From NCBI RefSeq assembly GCF_006345805.1, contig NC_043018.1:26846001-26910000 (forward strand): a stretch of 64,000 nt of DNA, written 5' to 3'. This document shows, in pieces, positions 23,201 through 36,677 of the stretch (the first letter of the stretch is position 1; the number at the start of each line of letters is the position of its first letter). The notes beneath the pieces are model-generated. The model made no database searches and had not been told where the DNA came from. It saw only the letters and a program-made list of their open reading frames with translations. The DNA is from Octopus sinensis. Taxonomy: Eukaryota. Both the position numbers and the translations under genes were made by a program.

Positions 23201-26200
23201 GGCCAGCCTTGTCACAATCTGTGAAACGCTGAATCTCTATGTTAAGGGTACACATATCTGTGGAGTGCTCAGCCATGAGTGTATAAAAACTAAAACTGGC
23301 ACTCTGTTGGTTATGATGACAAGGGTTCCAGTTGATCCCATCAGCGGAATAGCCTGCTTGTGCAAGTGGCTGAGTACTCCACAGACACGCATACCCTTAA
23401 CGTAGTTCTCAGGGAGATTTAGCGTAACACAGGATGTGACAAGGCTAGCTGTTTGAAATACAGGTACAATTCATTTTTGCCAGTTTGAGTGGACTAGAGC
23501 CATGTGAAATAAAGTAACTTGCTGAAGGCCACAATTAACAGCAAGGAATGGAACCCATGACCTTATGATCATAGGCCGAATACCCTAACCACTGAGCCAT
23601 GAGTCTCCACTGTATAAAAAACTAAGACAGAGCAAAATGGGTCAGTCTAATTTGCATATGAGTACATGTACTGACAATATGTGGAGGCGCGTGGCTTAGA
23701 GGTTAGAGTGTCAGCATCATGCTTGTAAGATTGTGGTTTCGATTCCTGGACCGTGTGATGCCTTGTGTTCTTGAGCAAAACACTTCATTTCACGTTGCTC
23801 CAGTCCACTCAGCTGGCAAAAATGAGTAACGCTGTGATGGACTGGCATCCCGTCCAGCTAAGGAACACATACGCCATAGAAACCGGGAACCGGGCCCATA
23901 AGCCTGGCTAGGCTTTAAAAAAAAGGGTGCATTTATTTATTTGTGGAGGCACATTGCCTGGTGGTTAAAGCAGTGGACTCGTGGTCGAGGGATCGCGGGT
24001 TCGAATCTCAGACCAGGCGATGTGTATGTTTATGAGCGAAAACACCTATGCTTCACGCAGCTCCGGCAGAAGGTAATGGCAAACTTCTGCTGACTCTTTT
24101 GCCACAACTTTCTTTCACTCTTTCCTCCTGCATCTTGCAGTTCACCTGCAACGGACTGGCGTCCCGTCCAGGTGGGGAACCTATACGCCAAGAAACCGGG
24201 AAACGGGCCCTTATGAGCCAGGCATGGCTAGAGAAGGAACAAACAAAAACTGACAGTATAGATTATCATTGCAGATGCTACGTTCTGAGTTCAAATTCCA
24301 CCGAGGTCGGCTTTGCCTTTCATCATTTTAGGGTCGATAGATTAAGTACCTATTTCTTTATAACCCACAAGGGGCTAAACATAGAGGGGACAAACAAAGA
24401 CAGACATAGGTATTAAGTCAATTACATCGACCCCAGTGCGTAACTGGTACTTAATTTATCGACCCCGAAGGATGAAAGGCAAAGTCGACCTCGGCGGAAT
24501 TTTAACTCACAACGTAACGACAGACGAAATACCGCTAGGCATTTCGCCCGGCGTGCTAACGGTTCTGCCAGCTCAACGCTGGGGGTGGGGTCGGGGTATT
24601 TCTGGCCTTTATGCCCATTGTAGAAAAGAATTAATGTAGCTACTCTGTTGTTTGTAAGTGTCTGTCTGTTCATCTCTCCGCCTCTGTCTCCCTCCAGGTG
24701 TCTCAGTACATTGGTGAGATATGTCGATACCTCCTGGCTCAGCCAAACAGACCCGAAGAAAAACAGCACAAACTGCGACTCATGTTCGGAAATGGGCTAC
24801 GACCCCAGATTTGGGAACAGTTCCAGAAACGGTTCAGCATCGAACAGATTGGAGAGTTTTATGGTGCCACCGAGGGCAACTGCAGTCTGAGTATGTCTTC
24901 TTTTTCTTTTTCCTTTTTTTTTGCTTTGTTAGTTGTTTCTTGTTTATGTTATTGTTGTAATGTGTTTTGCTTTTCTTTTTTTTTATTATAGTTTACTCTT
25001 TTACTTGTTTCAGTCATTTGACTGCGACCATGCTGGAGCACCGCCTTTTGTCGAGCAAATCGACCCCGGGACTTATTCTTTGTAAGCCCAGTACTTATTC
25101 TATTGGTCTCTTTTGCCGAACCGCTAAGTGACGGGGACCTAAACACATCAGCAGCAGATATCAAGCGATGTTGGGGGAAGAGACAAACACACACACACAC
25201 ACCCACACACATATGCATACATATATATACGACAGGCTTCTTTCAGTTTCCGTCTACCAAATCCACTCACAAGGCTTTGGTCGGCCCGAGGCTATAGCAG
25301 AAGACACTTGCCCAAGATGCCACGCAGTGGGACTGAACCCGGAACTATGTGGTTCTAGGCTTACAAAGAATAAGTCCTGGGATCGATTTGCTCGACTAAA
25401 GGCGGTACTCCAGCATGGCCGCAGTCAAATGACTGAAACAAGTAAAAGAGTTATTAAGATGGCGAGCTAGCAGAATCATTAGCACACGGGGCAAAACGCT
25501 TAGCGGTATTTCTTCAGTCTTCATGTTCTGAGTTCAAATGTTGCTGAGTTTGATTTTGCCTTTCATCCTTTCTGGGGTCAGTAAAATAAGTACCAATCAA
25601 GCACTGGGGTCAAGTTAATCGACTTACACCCTCCCCCAAAATTTCAGGCCTTGTGCCTATAATAGAAAGGATTATTATTATTAAGGGGGTGAGCTGGCAG
25701 ATGTAATCAACTTAGCCCCTCCCCTGATATTGCTGGCTCTGTGCCACAATGTGAAACTTATTATTATAGGTGGTGAGCTGGCAGAAACGTTAGCACGCCG
25801 GGTGAAATGCGTAGCTGTATTTCATCTGTGGCTACATTCTGAGTTCAAATTCCGCCGAGGTCGACTTTGCCTTTCATCCTTTCGGGGGTCGATAAATTAA
25901 GCACCGGTTGCGCACTGGGGTTGATGTAATCGACTTGATCCGTTTGTCTGTCCTTATTTCTCCTCTCTGTGTTTAGCCCCTTGTGGGTAGTAAAGAGATA
26001 GGTATTTCGTCTGCCGCTACGTTCTGAGTTCAAATTCTGCCAAGGTCGATTTTGTCTTTCAATCCTTTCAAGGTTGATAAAATAAGCACCATTCGAACAC
26101 TGGGGTCGATGTAATTGACTGATCCCCCCACCATGCCCCCAAAGCTGCCCTTGTGGCAAAAAATTTGAAATAATAATTATCAAGATGTAGGACAAGATAC

Positions 26201-29141
26201 TGTGATAGCCTGGGCTTCAGAGGCCCACAACTCTTCAATATCCTCCCGAAGAACCTGAGAGACCTGCATGGGGTGGATACAGATGTCTTTAAAATAAAAC
26301 TGGATCTCAGGTGTCCCAGATGAACCAACTTCACGGCAGGAGGTGCAGATGAGAGCAGCTGCATCGAACTCTCTCATTCACCAAATGGCAATTGCTAAAA
26401 AGCATTCGTGAAGTAAAATCATGTAGCAACACCAAATGGCGGTGCCTCAGCATGGCCACAGTTCGTGAGCTGAAACTAGATAATATAAAATAATAATTAT
26501 CATTATTATTCTTCTTCTTGCAGTTAACATCGACAACACAGTGGGTGCTGTTGGATACACAACAAGAATTTTACCATTTCTCTATCCTGTCACCTTAGTG
26601 AAAGTAGATGAATACACAGGAGAACCAGTGCGTGATACAAACGGAATCTGTGTAAAGGCAAAACCAGGTAAGAAGATTATGCTTATCATACAGTTCTGTA
26701 TTTAAGAGATGAGGAATTATGTACATTATTTGTCCTCATCTTGTTTGTTGTTAACATTTTGGCTGATATACCCTCCAGCCTTCATCAGGTGCCTTGGGGA
26801 AATTTTGAACCTGGGTTCTCATTCCTAAGGTATTTTTCGATGTTATTATTATCATTATCATTATTATTATTATTATTCAGGTCACTTCCTGAAATCGAAC
26901 TTGGAATCTAGAGGTTAGTAGCCTGCGCTCTTAACCACTATGCCACGGGCATATGGCATAGTGGTTAAGAGCGTGGGCTACTAACCCCAAGATTCCAAGT
27001 TCGACTCCAAGCAGTGACCTGAATAATAATAATGATAATAATAATAATAATATCAAAAAATACCTTAAGAATGAGAACCCAGGTTCGAAATTTTCCCAAG
27101 ACACCTGATGAAAGCTGGAGGGTATATCAGCCGAGACGTTGTGTTAACAACAAAGATGAGGACAAATATCCGTCTAATGTAAATAATGTATGTATATCAT
27201 GTTTAATATGTGTTAAAAGTATATAAATTAAAAAATTTTTTTGTAATTTTATAATTTTTTTTTTACGATTTTATTTTCATTCCTGTTGGATCCCGCTTGT
27301 CTGTCCACTTTTTCAATTTAGCTCTCTTTACTCTTTCACTTGTTTCAGTCATTTGACTGTGGCCATGCTGGAGCACCGCTTTTAGTCGAGCAAATCGACC
27401 CTGGGACTTATTCTTTGGAAGCCTAGTACTTATTCTATCAGTCTCTTTATTATTATTATTATAAAAAAGCTGCCTTCTGTCGTAGCTCCTCTCATTCTAA
27501 TGGAATGATAATCTTGTGAGCTGCCTGGCAATCTCACTATTGCTGGTACAATGTGGTACTCCAGCATGGCCAGGTTACAAAGACTAAAACTGGTTAAATT
27601 TGGAGAAGGGCAGCATTTGATGTATGTATTTCGGTTGTTTGTAGCATTTGTAATTCTGTTTACCGTGTTCAATTCCCAGGTGAACCAGGTCTGCTTGTGG
27701 GGAAGATTGTGAAGGGAGACCCAACTCGAGAGTTTGATGGTTATCTCAATCAGAAAGAAACAAGCAAGAAGATAATTCCTGATGTTTTTAGAAAAGGTGA
27801 CAGGGCCTTTGCCACTGGTAAGTGCTTCCATCTTTGGTCAGTTTGGTTAAGCTCTCTCGCTTCTGTTTCTAATTTCTCTCTCATTGTACTCCATTTCTTC
27901 GTTCTCTCTCTATACATGCACACATGCACACACAGTACTGTATTTTATATATATATATATATGGGTCTGTCTGTTTTTCTCTCCATATATACTCTTTACG
28001 CTTTTACTTGTTTCAGTCATTTGACTGCGGCCATGCTGGAGCACCGCCTTTAATCGATCAACTCGACCCCAGGACTTATTCTTTGTAAGCCCAGTACTTA
28101 TTCTATCGGTCTCTTTTGCTGAACCGCTAAGTGACGAGGATATAAACACAGTGTCGGTTGTCAAGCAATGCTAGGGGGACAAACACAAACATACATGCGC
28201 ACACACACATATATACGACAGGCTTCTTTCAGTTTCCGTCTACCAAAACCACTCACAAAGCTTTGGTCGGCCCAAGGTGCCACACAGTGGGACTGAACCT
28301 GGAACCATGTGTTTGGTAAACAAGCTACTTACCACACAGCCACTCCTGCGCCTATATATATATACATACATACGCACGCACACACACACTTATGGACATG
28401 GCTGTGTGCATATATTTATACACGTGTATACATACATGGATGTGGAGGCATATGGCTCAGTGGTTAAAGTGTCCAATTTACGATCGTGAGGTTGTGAGCT
28501 CGAATCCCAGACAGGGCTGCGTGCTGTGTTCTTGAGCAAGACACTTTATTTCATGTTGTTCCAGTTCACTCAGCTGTTGAAATGAGTTGCGACGTCACTG
28601 GTGCCAAGCTGTATCAGCCCCTTTGCCTTTCCTTTGGATAACATTCGTGGCGTGAAGAGAGGAGGCCGGTATGCATGGGCGACTGCTGGTCTTCCATAAA
28701 CAACCTATCCCAGACTTGTGCCTGAGAGGTTATCTTTCTAGGTGCAATCCCATGGTCAGTCATGACCGAAGGGGGTCTCAGATTCAGATATACATGACCT
28801 CTTTTTGCAAATACTGATAGGGCACAGAAAGTGTGTCAATAGCCAGCTGGAGAAGATGTTCTCCTGGGGCTACAAGCTATGGTAACATCCACCCTTAGTG
28901 GTTAGCCATATTTAGGTGGCAAATATACTTCACATTGTCGTGCAGTTACTATCTATACCTTGTTCAGAGATTTGCTAGTAAAAAGGTATATATATATTTA
29001 CATATATTCACAGACATATGGATGGATATATATCTATGTACACACAAACATGTGTATATATATATATATATTTTGGTACACATACACACACATATAAGTA
29101 CACTCATATAACACACACGCACATGCTTGTGTATATATATA

Positions 29142-29205
<64 letters not shown>

Positions 29206-32200
29206 TGGGTGGGGATGTCTGTTTGTCCCCCACCACTGCTTGACAACTAGCAGTTTGGCAAAAGAGACTGATAGAATATGTACCATGCTTAAAAAAAAGA
29301 TGAAAAAATACTGGGATTAATTCATTCAACTAAAGAAATTCTTCAAGGCATTGCCCCAGCATGGTCCTGGTCCAATGACTGAAACAAGTAAAAGAATATA
29401 TATTATGTATGTATAGTATGTATTTATATATTGTGTGTGTGTGGCTTAATGGTTAAGCAGTTGCACTCATGATCACTAAATCATGGGTTCGATTCCCTGG
29501 GTAGGTGGTGGGTTGTGTTCTTGAGCAAAACACTTCATGTTGCTCCAGTCCCTCTTTCGGTCAGCGGGGAATGTTGGCTTGTTTGCCTAGCCAGCAGGGT
29601 GGCATCCTTTTCATGGCTAAAACAATGCAAAGAAATATGCATTGTGATCAGCGATGTGTAACGAAATCTTATAGTCTGGTCAGTCACATGATATTTATAT
29701 ATGTGTGTGTGTGTAAATTTGTTGGCGTGTCCCTATATATATATGATATAACTGTCTTTGTATGTATATAGATGTGTGTGTGTGTATCAGTGATGTGCAA
29801 CCAAGAGAATACCCTCCATCAGGCATTTGCCATATTCTGAACGTCTCACTTCCCTGGGCATGGATACATTGAAACTCCAACGTCTGGCCACTGACTTGGC
29901 AGACACCCATAAAATTATTAACAATCTTACTAACAATAACTCTGAGCACCTTTTCAAACACCTGTGGACATATTTACAAAGTCAGAAAACAGCACAGCTC
30001 CCATGACTTTTGGAAACATTTTTTCATGCTAAGAGTTGCTGAAGCATGGAACAAACTGCCGGCATCAGTTGTTAGTTATCGGAGCACTGCATCCTTCAAA
30101 ACTTCCATGCTTCCTGAGATTTGCCAACACTACACCTGATTTTCTCCCCTCCATACACACGCAAGCATGTATCCGACTCATACACTGTTCACTTTCCAGA
30201 CATTTCTACATTACTGCATATACTTTATACGCACTTTTGACAAATTGTGGTGCACCTGAGCACTGTATACAATAATTTCATTATTATTATTATTATACAT
30301 CTCTCTCTCTCTCTCTCATTTTGTTCTCCTTCTTCTCTTACTCCACTTTCTCCATCCTTTAGTCTCCAGTTTCTATATCCTTCATACACACTCTCTCTCA
30401 CTCTCTCTTTATTCTCTCCACAGGGGATATACTTTCTATGGACCACTTTGGCTACATGTATTTTCGAGATAGGACAGGAGACACGTTTCGATGGAAAGGA
30501 GAAAACGTATCAACATCAGAAGTAGAAGCTGTTATAAGTAACATTTTAAAACTGCAAGATGTTGTAGTGTATGGGGTGGAGATTCCAGGTGAGTGTCATT
30601 GGATTGTCTTTCATGTTAATTAACAGCTTTTGTTGTTGTTCTTTGGAATGGTAGAATCTGAAAAAAAAAAAAAATGTTCTGAGTTCAAGACCCACTGAGG
30701 TCGACTTTGCCTTTCATCTTTTCAGGGTCGATAAAGAAAGTACTAGTTGAGTTCTGAGGGTTGATGAAATAGACTTGCCCCTGCCCCACAAAAAGTTTCA
30801 GGCCTTGTAGAAAAGATTATTTTTATTATTGAAAAGGCGGTGAACTGGCAGAATCGTTAACCATGCCAGGTGAAATTTTGAGTTCAAATTCCGCCAAGGT
30901 CGATTTTGCCTTTCATCCTTTCAGGGTCAATGAAATAAGTACCAGTTGGGTATTGGGGATCAATGTAATCAACTATCCCTTCCACCCCAAAATTTCAGGC
31001 CTTTTGCCAAAATTTGAGATCATTACCTCCGCCTTGCCGAAGGCATTGTTTTGCAGTCGCGTTTGTTTGTTTGTCTGTGGACAAGATATTTCAAGAACCA
31101 CTGGATGGATTCGGATGAAACTTTCAGGGATGTTTGGCCTCGTGACTGGCATGAACTGATTAGATTTTGGGATCGATCCGGTACCGGACAAGGATTCTGG
31201 ATTATTTTTTTGTTATAGTTACTTTACTTTACATGATTACGATCTAATGTTAACTTTCAAGTCTTCCTCAATTATCTCCCTTTCGGTTGTAACTTAAATG
31301 GTGAATTTGTTCGCTTGGGCTTGTATTAGATAAGGAGAAACTATTTATTACTGTTACTAAATATTCTACAGCCACCCTTACATTCCACGACTACCACTGA
31401 GATCGATTAGGTACTGGACAAGAATTCTGGATTATTTCCCCGTTTTTTGTTTATTTTTTTATTTTTCAGAGTGGTCAGGTTCGTTTTTAATATCCTTGTT
31501 TGTGAGAGCAGTCTAGTTTATATCAGATATTCTCATTTTTAATAACAAATAATAATAATAAACAACAACAATTCTTCTTCTTCCTCTTCTTTTCCCCTTC
31601 CTCTTCTTCTCCCCTTCCTCTTCTTATTATTCTTTTTCTCCTCTTCTCCTTCTCCTCCTTCAACAAGCTGGCAGAGTTGTTAGCACACCGGGCAAAATGA
31701 TTAGCAGCATCTTGTCCATCCTTATGTTCTGAGTTCAAATTCTGCTAAGGCTGAACACTGGGAGGAGTCGATGTAATTATCTTAGCCCCTCCCTCAAATT
31801 TTCTTGCCTTGTGCCAAAATTTGAAACCATTATTATCATTAACAAAAATGGCAAGTTGGCAGAATTCATACTGCACCAGACGAAATGTTTAGCGTCATTT
31901 CTTTCTGATTTTCATTCTGAAATCAAATTCTGCCACAGTCAACCTTACCTTTCATCTTTTGAGAGATGCTAAAATAAGTACCAGTTGAGTATTAGGTCAA
32001 TGTATTCAACTAACTGCCTCTCACCAAAACTTCAGGTTTTGTTCCTGTAGTAGAAAGAATTATCGTTATGAGAAGGGTCTATTCACAGCCTCAGAAGTGT
32101 CTTGGATCAAAATAGAGATATTTTGGTACATACCTTGATGTTCTCATTTTAACCCTTTCGTTACTATATTTATTTTGAGATGCTCTGTGTTTCTTTCAAT

Positions 32201-35200
32201 TATTTTAAATATAACAGATAACTTAGTTATAATTAAGCTGGTGTTAGGAACATAAATTGTGACGAAGGTATAGTGGAAGATTTTAATTCAAATCTTATGA
32301 AAACAAGACATTTGTACTCAGAGCCAGCTGGGTTGATAACGAAAGGGTTAACTCTTTAGCATTCAAACTGGCCATATCCAGCATTTCACACCTGCTTTAC
32401 AATGTCATATAATAAACAAATAAACAATAGGCACAGGTATGGCTGTGTGGTTAAAAGATTGCTTCCCAACCACATGGTTCCTGGCTCAGTCCCACTGCAT
32501 GGTACCTTGGGCAAGTGTCTGTTACTATAGCCTCAGGCTGACCAAAGCCTTGTGAGTGGGTTTGGTAGATGGAAACTGAAGGAAGACTGTCGTCTATGTA
32601 TTTGTGTGTTAGTCTCTGTGTTTGTTCCCCCGCCATTGCTTCACAACTGATGTTGGTGTGTTTACATCCCCGTAACTTAGCGGTTCGGCAAAAGAGACTG
32701 ATAGAATAAGTACCAGGTTTAAGTCCAGGAGTCGATTTCTTCAACTAAAAGGCAGTGTTCTCGCATGGCCACAGTCAAAATAACTGAAACAAACAAAAGA
32801 ATAAAGATCTCGTTAGTGAAATCTTGAAGCCTTAAGATAATGGATGATTAATTAATTCAATCTGAATAAATATGCATTACATCTGACAGAGTAATCCAAA
32901 TGCAAAAGGGTTTTAAAGCAGTGGTTCTCAAGCAGGGTCCATATAAGATTTGGGGGGTTCCACACAAGCAAAATAGTAAACTGGGGGCCCACTGTAGTAT
33001 TGTGCTTCCGATGTATGTATTGCAAGAAACAACCAGATTTCTTCCTTAACGTTTTTACATAGTTCAACGTACAAAAGTGAATGGGTGAATAATGAAATAG
33101 GGATTTGGGAAAAAGTAAATATAAAATTAGTTTTCAAATATCAATTGGCTGTAGGGGTCTACCAGAATAGAACTATAATCAAAGGGTCTTGTAGATAAAA
33201 AACGGTTGAGAGCTACTGGTTTTAATGTATGGTATAATCGACAGTCTCTTTCAGGTTTCTGGTGTTATATCATTTACTTACTCTGTTTGATATGAGTGAC
33301 CGTTCCTTACCCAAATTTCTAACCCTTGCCTGTAGAAGGAATCTTTATTACCTCTGCCTTAGCGAAGATAGAGGTATTGTTTCCAGTCGAATTTGTTTGT
33401 TTGTCCATTTACAAGATATCTGAAGAACTGCTGGATGGATTTGGATGAAACTTTCAGGGATGTTTTGCCTCATGTCTAGCATAAACTTATTAGATTTTGG
33501 GATCAACCTGGTACCATACAAGGATTCTGGATTATTTTTCCAGTTTTTTGCTTAATTTTTGAGAGCAGTATTCTCATTTGTGAGAGCAGTCGAGTTTATT
33601 TCAGATATTCTCATTTTAAAAATCATCTCTAGCTAATCATTGAGAGAATGTTGTTTTCTTCTTCTTCCAATCAGGACTCACACCATTAGCCACAAAGAAT
33701 AATCTCTAATTCGAGCCTACTCGAAGCTACTAAGAATGTGTGTGGAAACTTGAAGATCCACCCACCACAAGCGATAGACTGGCAGTTGCACGAGTGCAAA
33801 AGCTACGTTGTTATCCTCATTCTGTAAACGGTGGCTTTTAATGGGTGGAGAGTTGAACCATCCTGGGGTACAGAGGATTTGCAATCTAGATTAGGGTCTG
33901 AAAGTTTAATACACCATGGTTCCTCTGCTTTGTGACAGAAGTAGGAACAAAGAGTGAGAGAAAGTTGTGGTGAAAGAGTACAGCGGGGTCCATCCCCGCC
34001 GGAGGCCTTGTGGAGCTTAAGTGTTTTTTCTCAATAAACACTCACAATGCCTGGTCTGGGAATCGAAACCACATTCTTATGACCACGAGCCCTCTGCCTT
34101 AAACACTGGGCCATTGCGCCTCCACAGATGTTGTTGTTGCCTTGGTGGAGATTTGTTTTCTCTCAGTGCTCTTGTTATTATTGTTATCATTATTAAAGCG
34201 GTGAGCTGGCAGAACTGTTAGCACGCTGGGCGAAATGCTTAGTGGTATTTTGTCTACCACTATGTTCTGTGTTCAAATTCTCTGAGGATGATTTTGCCTT
34301 TCATCCTTTCGGGGTCAATGAAATAAGCACCAGCTATCCACCAGGGTGGAGGTAATCAACTAGTCCCCTTCCCCCAAAATATTTTCAAGGCCTTGTGCCC
34401 ACAGAAGAAAGGATTGTTATTATTATAGTTATTAAGAGGTTTGTGCTCTCTGAGTGCTCTTATTATTATCATCATTATTAAGGTGGAAAGCTGGGAGAAT
34501 TGTTAGCACTCTGGGTGAAATGCTTAGCAGTATTTCGTCTGCTGCTATGTTTTGAATTCAAATTTCAATGAAGTCAACTTTGCCTTTCATCCTTTCAGGG
34601 TCAATAAATTAAGTACCAGTGAAACACTGGGGACGATATAATTGACTAGTCCCCTCCCCCAAATTTCAGGCCTTGTGCCTATAGTTGAAAGGATTATTAT
34701 TAGTGTTGTTTCAAATTATGGTGCAAAGCCAGCAGTTTTAGGCTAGAGGGGTGAATCGATTACTTCAACCCCAGTACTTGACTGGTACTTTATTTCATTA
34801 ACCCTGATTGATGTTAGTAAAAGATGGCAGATTGCTGGAATCAGTAAAACATCAAAATTCCTTACAGTATATGTTTCTTTATTGGTCACAAGGGGCTAAA
34901 CATAGAGGGGACAAACAAGGACAGACAAACGAATTAAGTCGATTACATTGACCCCAGTGCATAACTGGTACTTAATTTATCGACCCCGAAAGTATGAAAG
35001 GCAAAGTCAACCTTGGCGGATTTGAACTCAGAACGTAACAGCAGACGAAATACCATTAAGCAAAACAAGGGCAGACAAACGAATTAAGTTGATTACATCG
35101 ACCCCAGTGCATAACTGGTACTTAATTTATCAACCCTGAAAGGCAAAGTCGACCTTGGCAGAATTTGAACTCAGAACGTAACAGCAGACGAAATACCATT

Positions 35201-36633
35201 AAGCATTTCGCCCGGCATGCTAACGTTTCTGCCAGCTCGCCGCCTTTAGTTTCCGTCTACCAAATCCGCTCACAAGGCTTTGGTCGGCCCAAGGCTATAG
35301 TAGAAGACACTGGCCCAAGGTGCCACACACTGGGACTGAACCTGGAACCATGTAATTGGTAGGCAAGCTACTTACCTCACAGCCACTTCCACCTCTTGCG
35401 TTAAAGTGATTTGAAATAAAAAAAATACCTTGCCTCCTAATTTCAAGTTATGTTCAAACACCAGCTTAATAATAGTTATTTACTAAACAGGCATGGCTGT
35501 GTGGTAAGAAGCTTGCTTCCCAACCATATGATTCTGGGTTCAGTTCCACTGTATGGCACCTTGGGCAAGTGTCTTGGACCAACCAAATCCTTGTGAGTGG
35601 ATTTAGTAGATGGAAACTGAAAGAAGCTCATCATATTAGTCTTTGTGTCTGTGATTGTTGCCTCCACCAACCTATGACAACCGGTGTTGGTGTATTTACA
35701 TTCCTATAACTTAGCAATTCAGCAAAAGAGACTGATGGAATAAGTACCAGGTGTAAAAAAAAAAAAAAAAAAAAAAGTACGGGTTTCGATTCATTCAACT
35801 AAATATTCTTGAAGGTGCTGCACCAGCATGGCCGCAGTCAAATGAATGAAACAAGTAAAAGATTTTCTGAATTAATTGAAGAAAGGCAGTGTATTTCATA
35901 AGAAACACATCACTCTACCTGTCAATGAAAAATAATAAATACCATTAATTTTCCAGGTGTTGAGGGTCGTGCGGGTATGGCAGCAATAGTTGATGAAAAT
36001 GAAAGTTTGAATTTGGATGGACTTTGTGAAAATATAGCCACATATTTACCTGTATATGCAAGACCGCTTTTCATCCGTCTTTTAAAGTGTTTACAAACAA
36101 CAGGTGAGTGTATACACCTTTTTTTTCTTTACTTCTCTGAATAAATAAATAGATATATATTATTATTATATTGCAAATAATTAGAAAATGGAGAAAACCA
36201 CAGATTAACAAACACATCAATTGGACCACATTTATTTTTTGATACAAAGCATCACATAACAAATAGATTATGTCATGCTTTGTATTAAAACATAAGCTAT
36301 AAATTCTTGAACGGCAGCTAATGGTGATGCCCCAGCATGACCACAGTTTTCAAACTGAAACTAGTTAAGGGTTGGCAGCTGGAAGGGCATCCAGCCATAG
36401 AAAATCCATCTCAATAAACCCCACCCAACCCATACAAGTACAGGACGGTGGATGTTAAACGATGATGATGAGATGGACATGTTAATGTGGCTGTGTGGTA
36501 AGTAGCTTGCTAACCAACCACATGGTTCCGGGTTCAGTCCCACTGCGTGGCATCTTGGGCAAGTGTCTTCTGCTATAACCCCGGGCTGATCAATGCCTTG
36601 TGAGTGGATTTGGTAGACGGAAACTGAAAGAAG

Positions 36634-36677
<44 letters not shown>

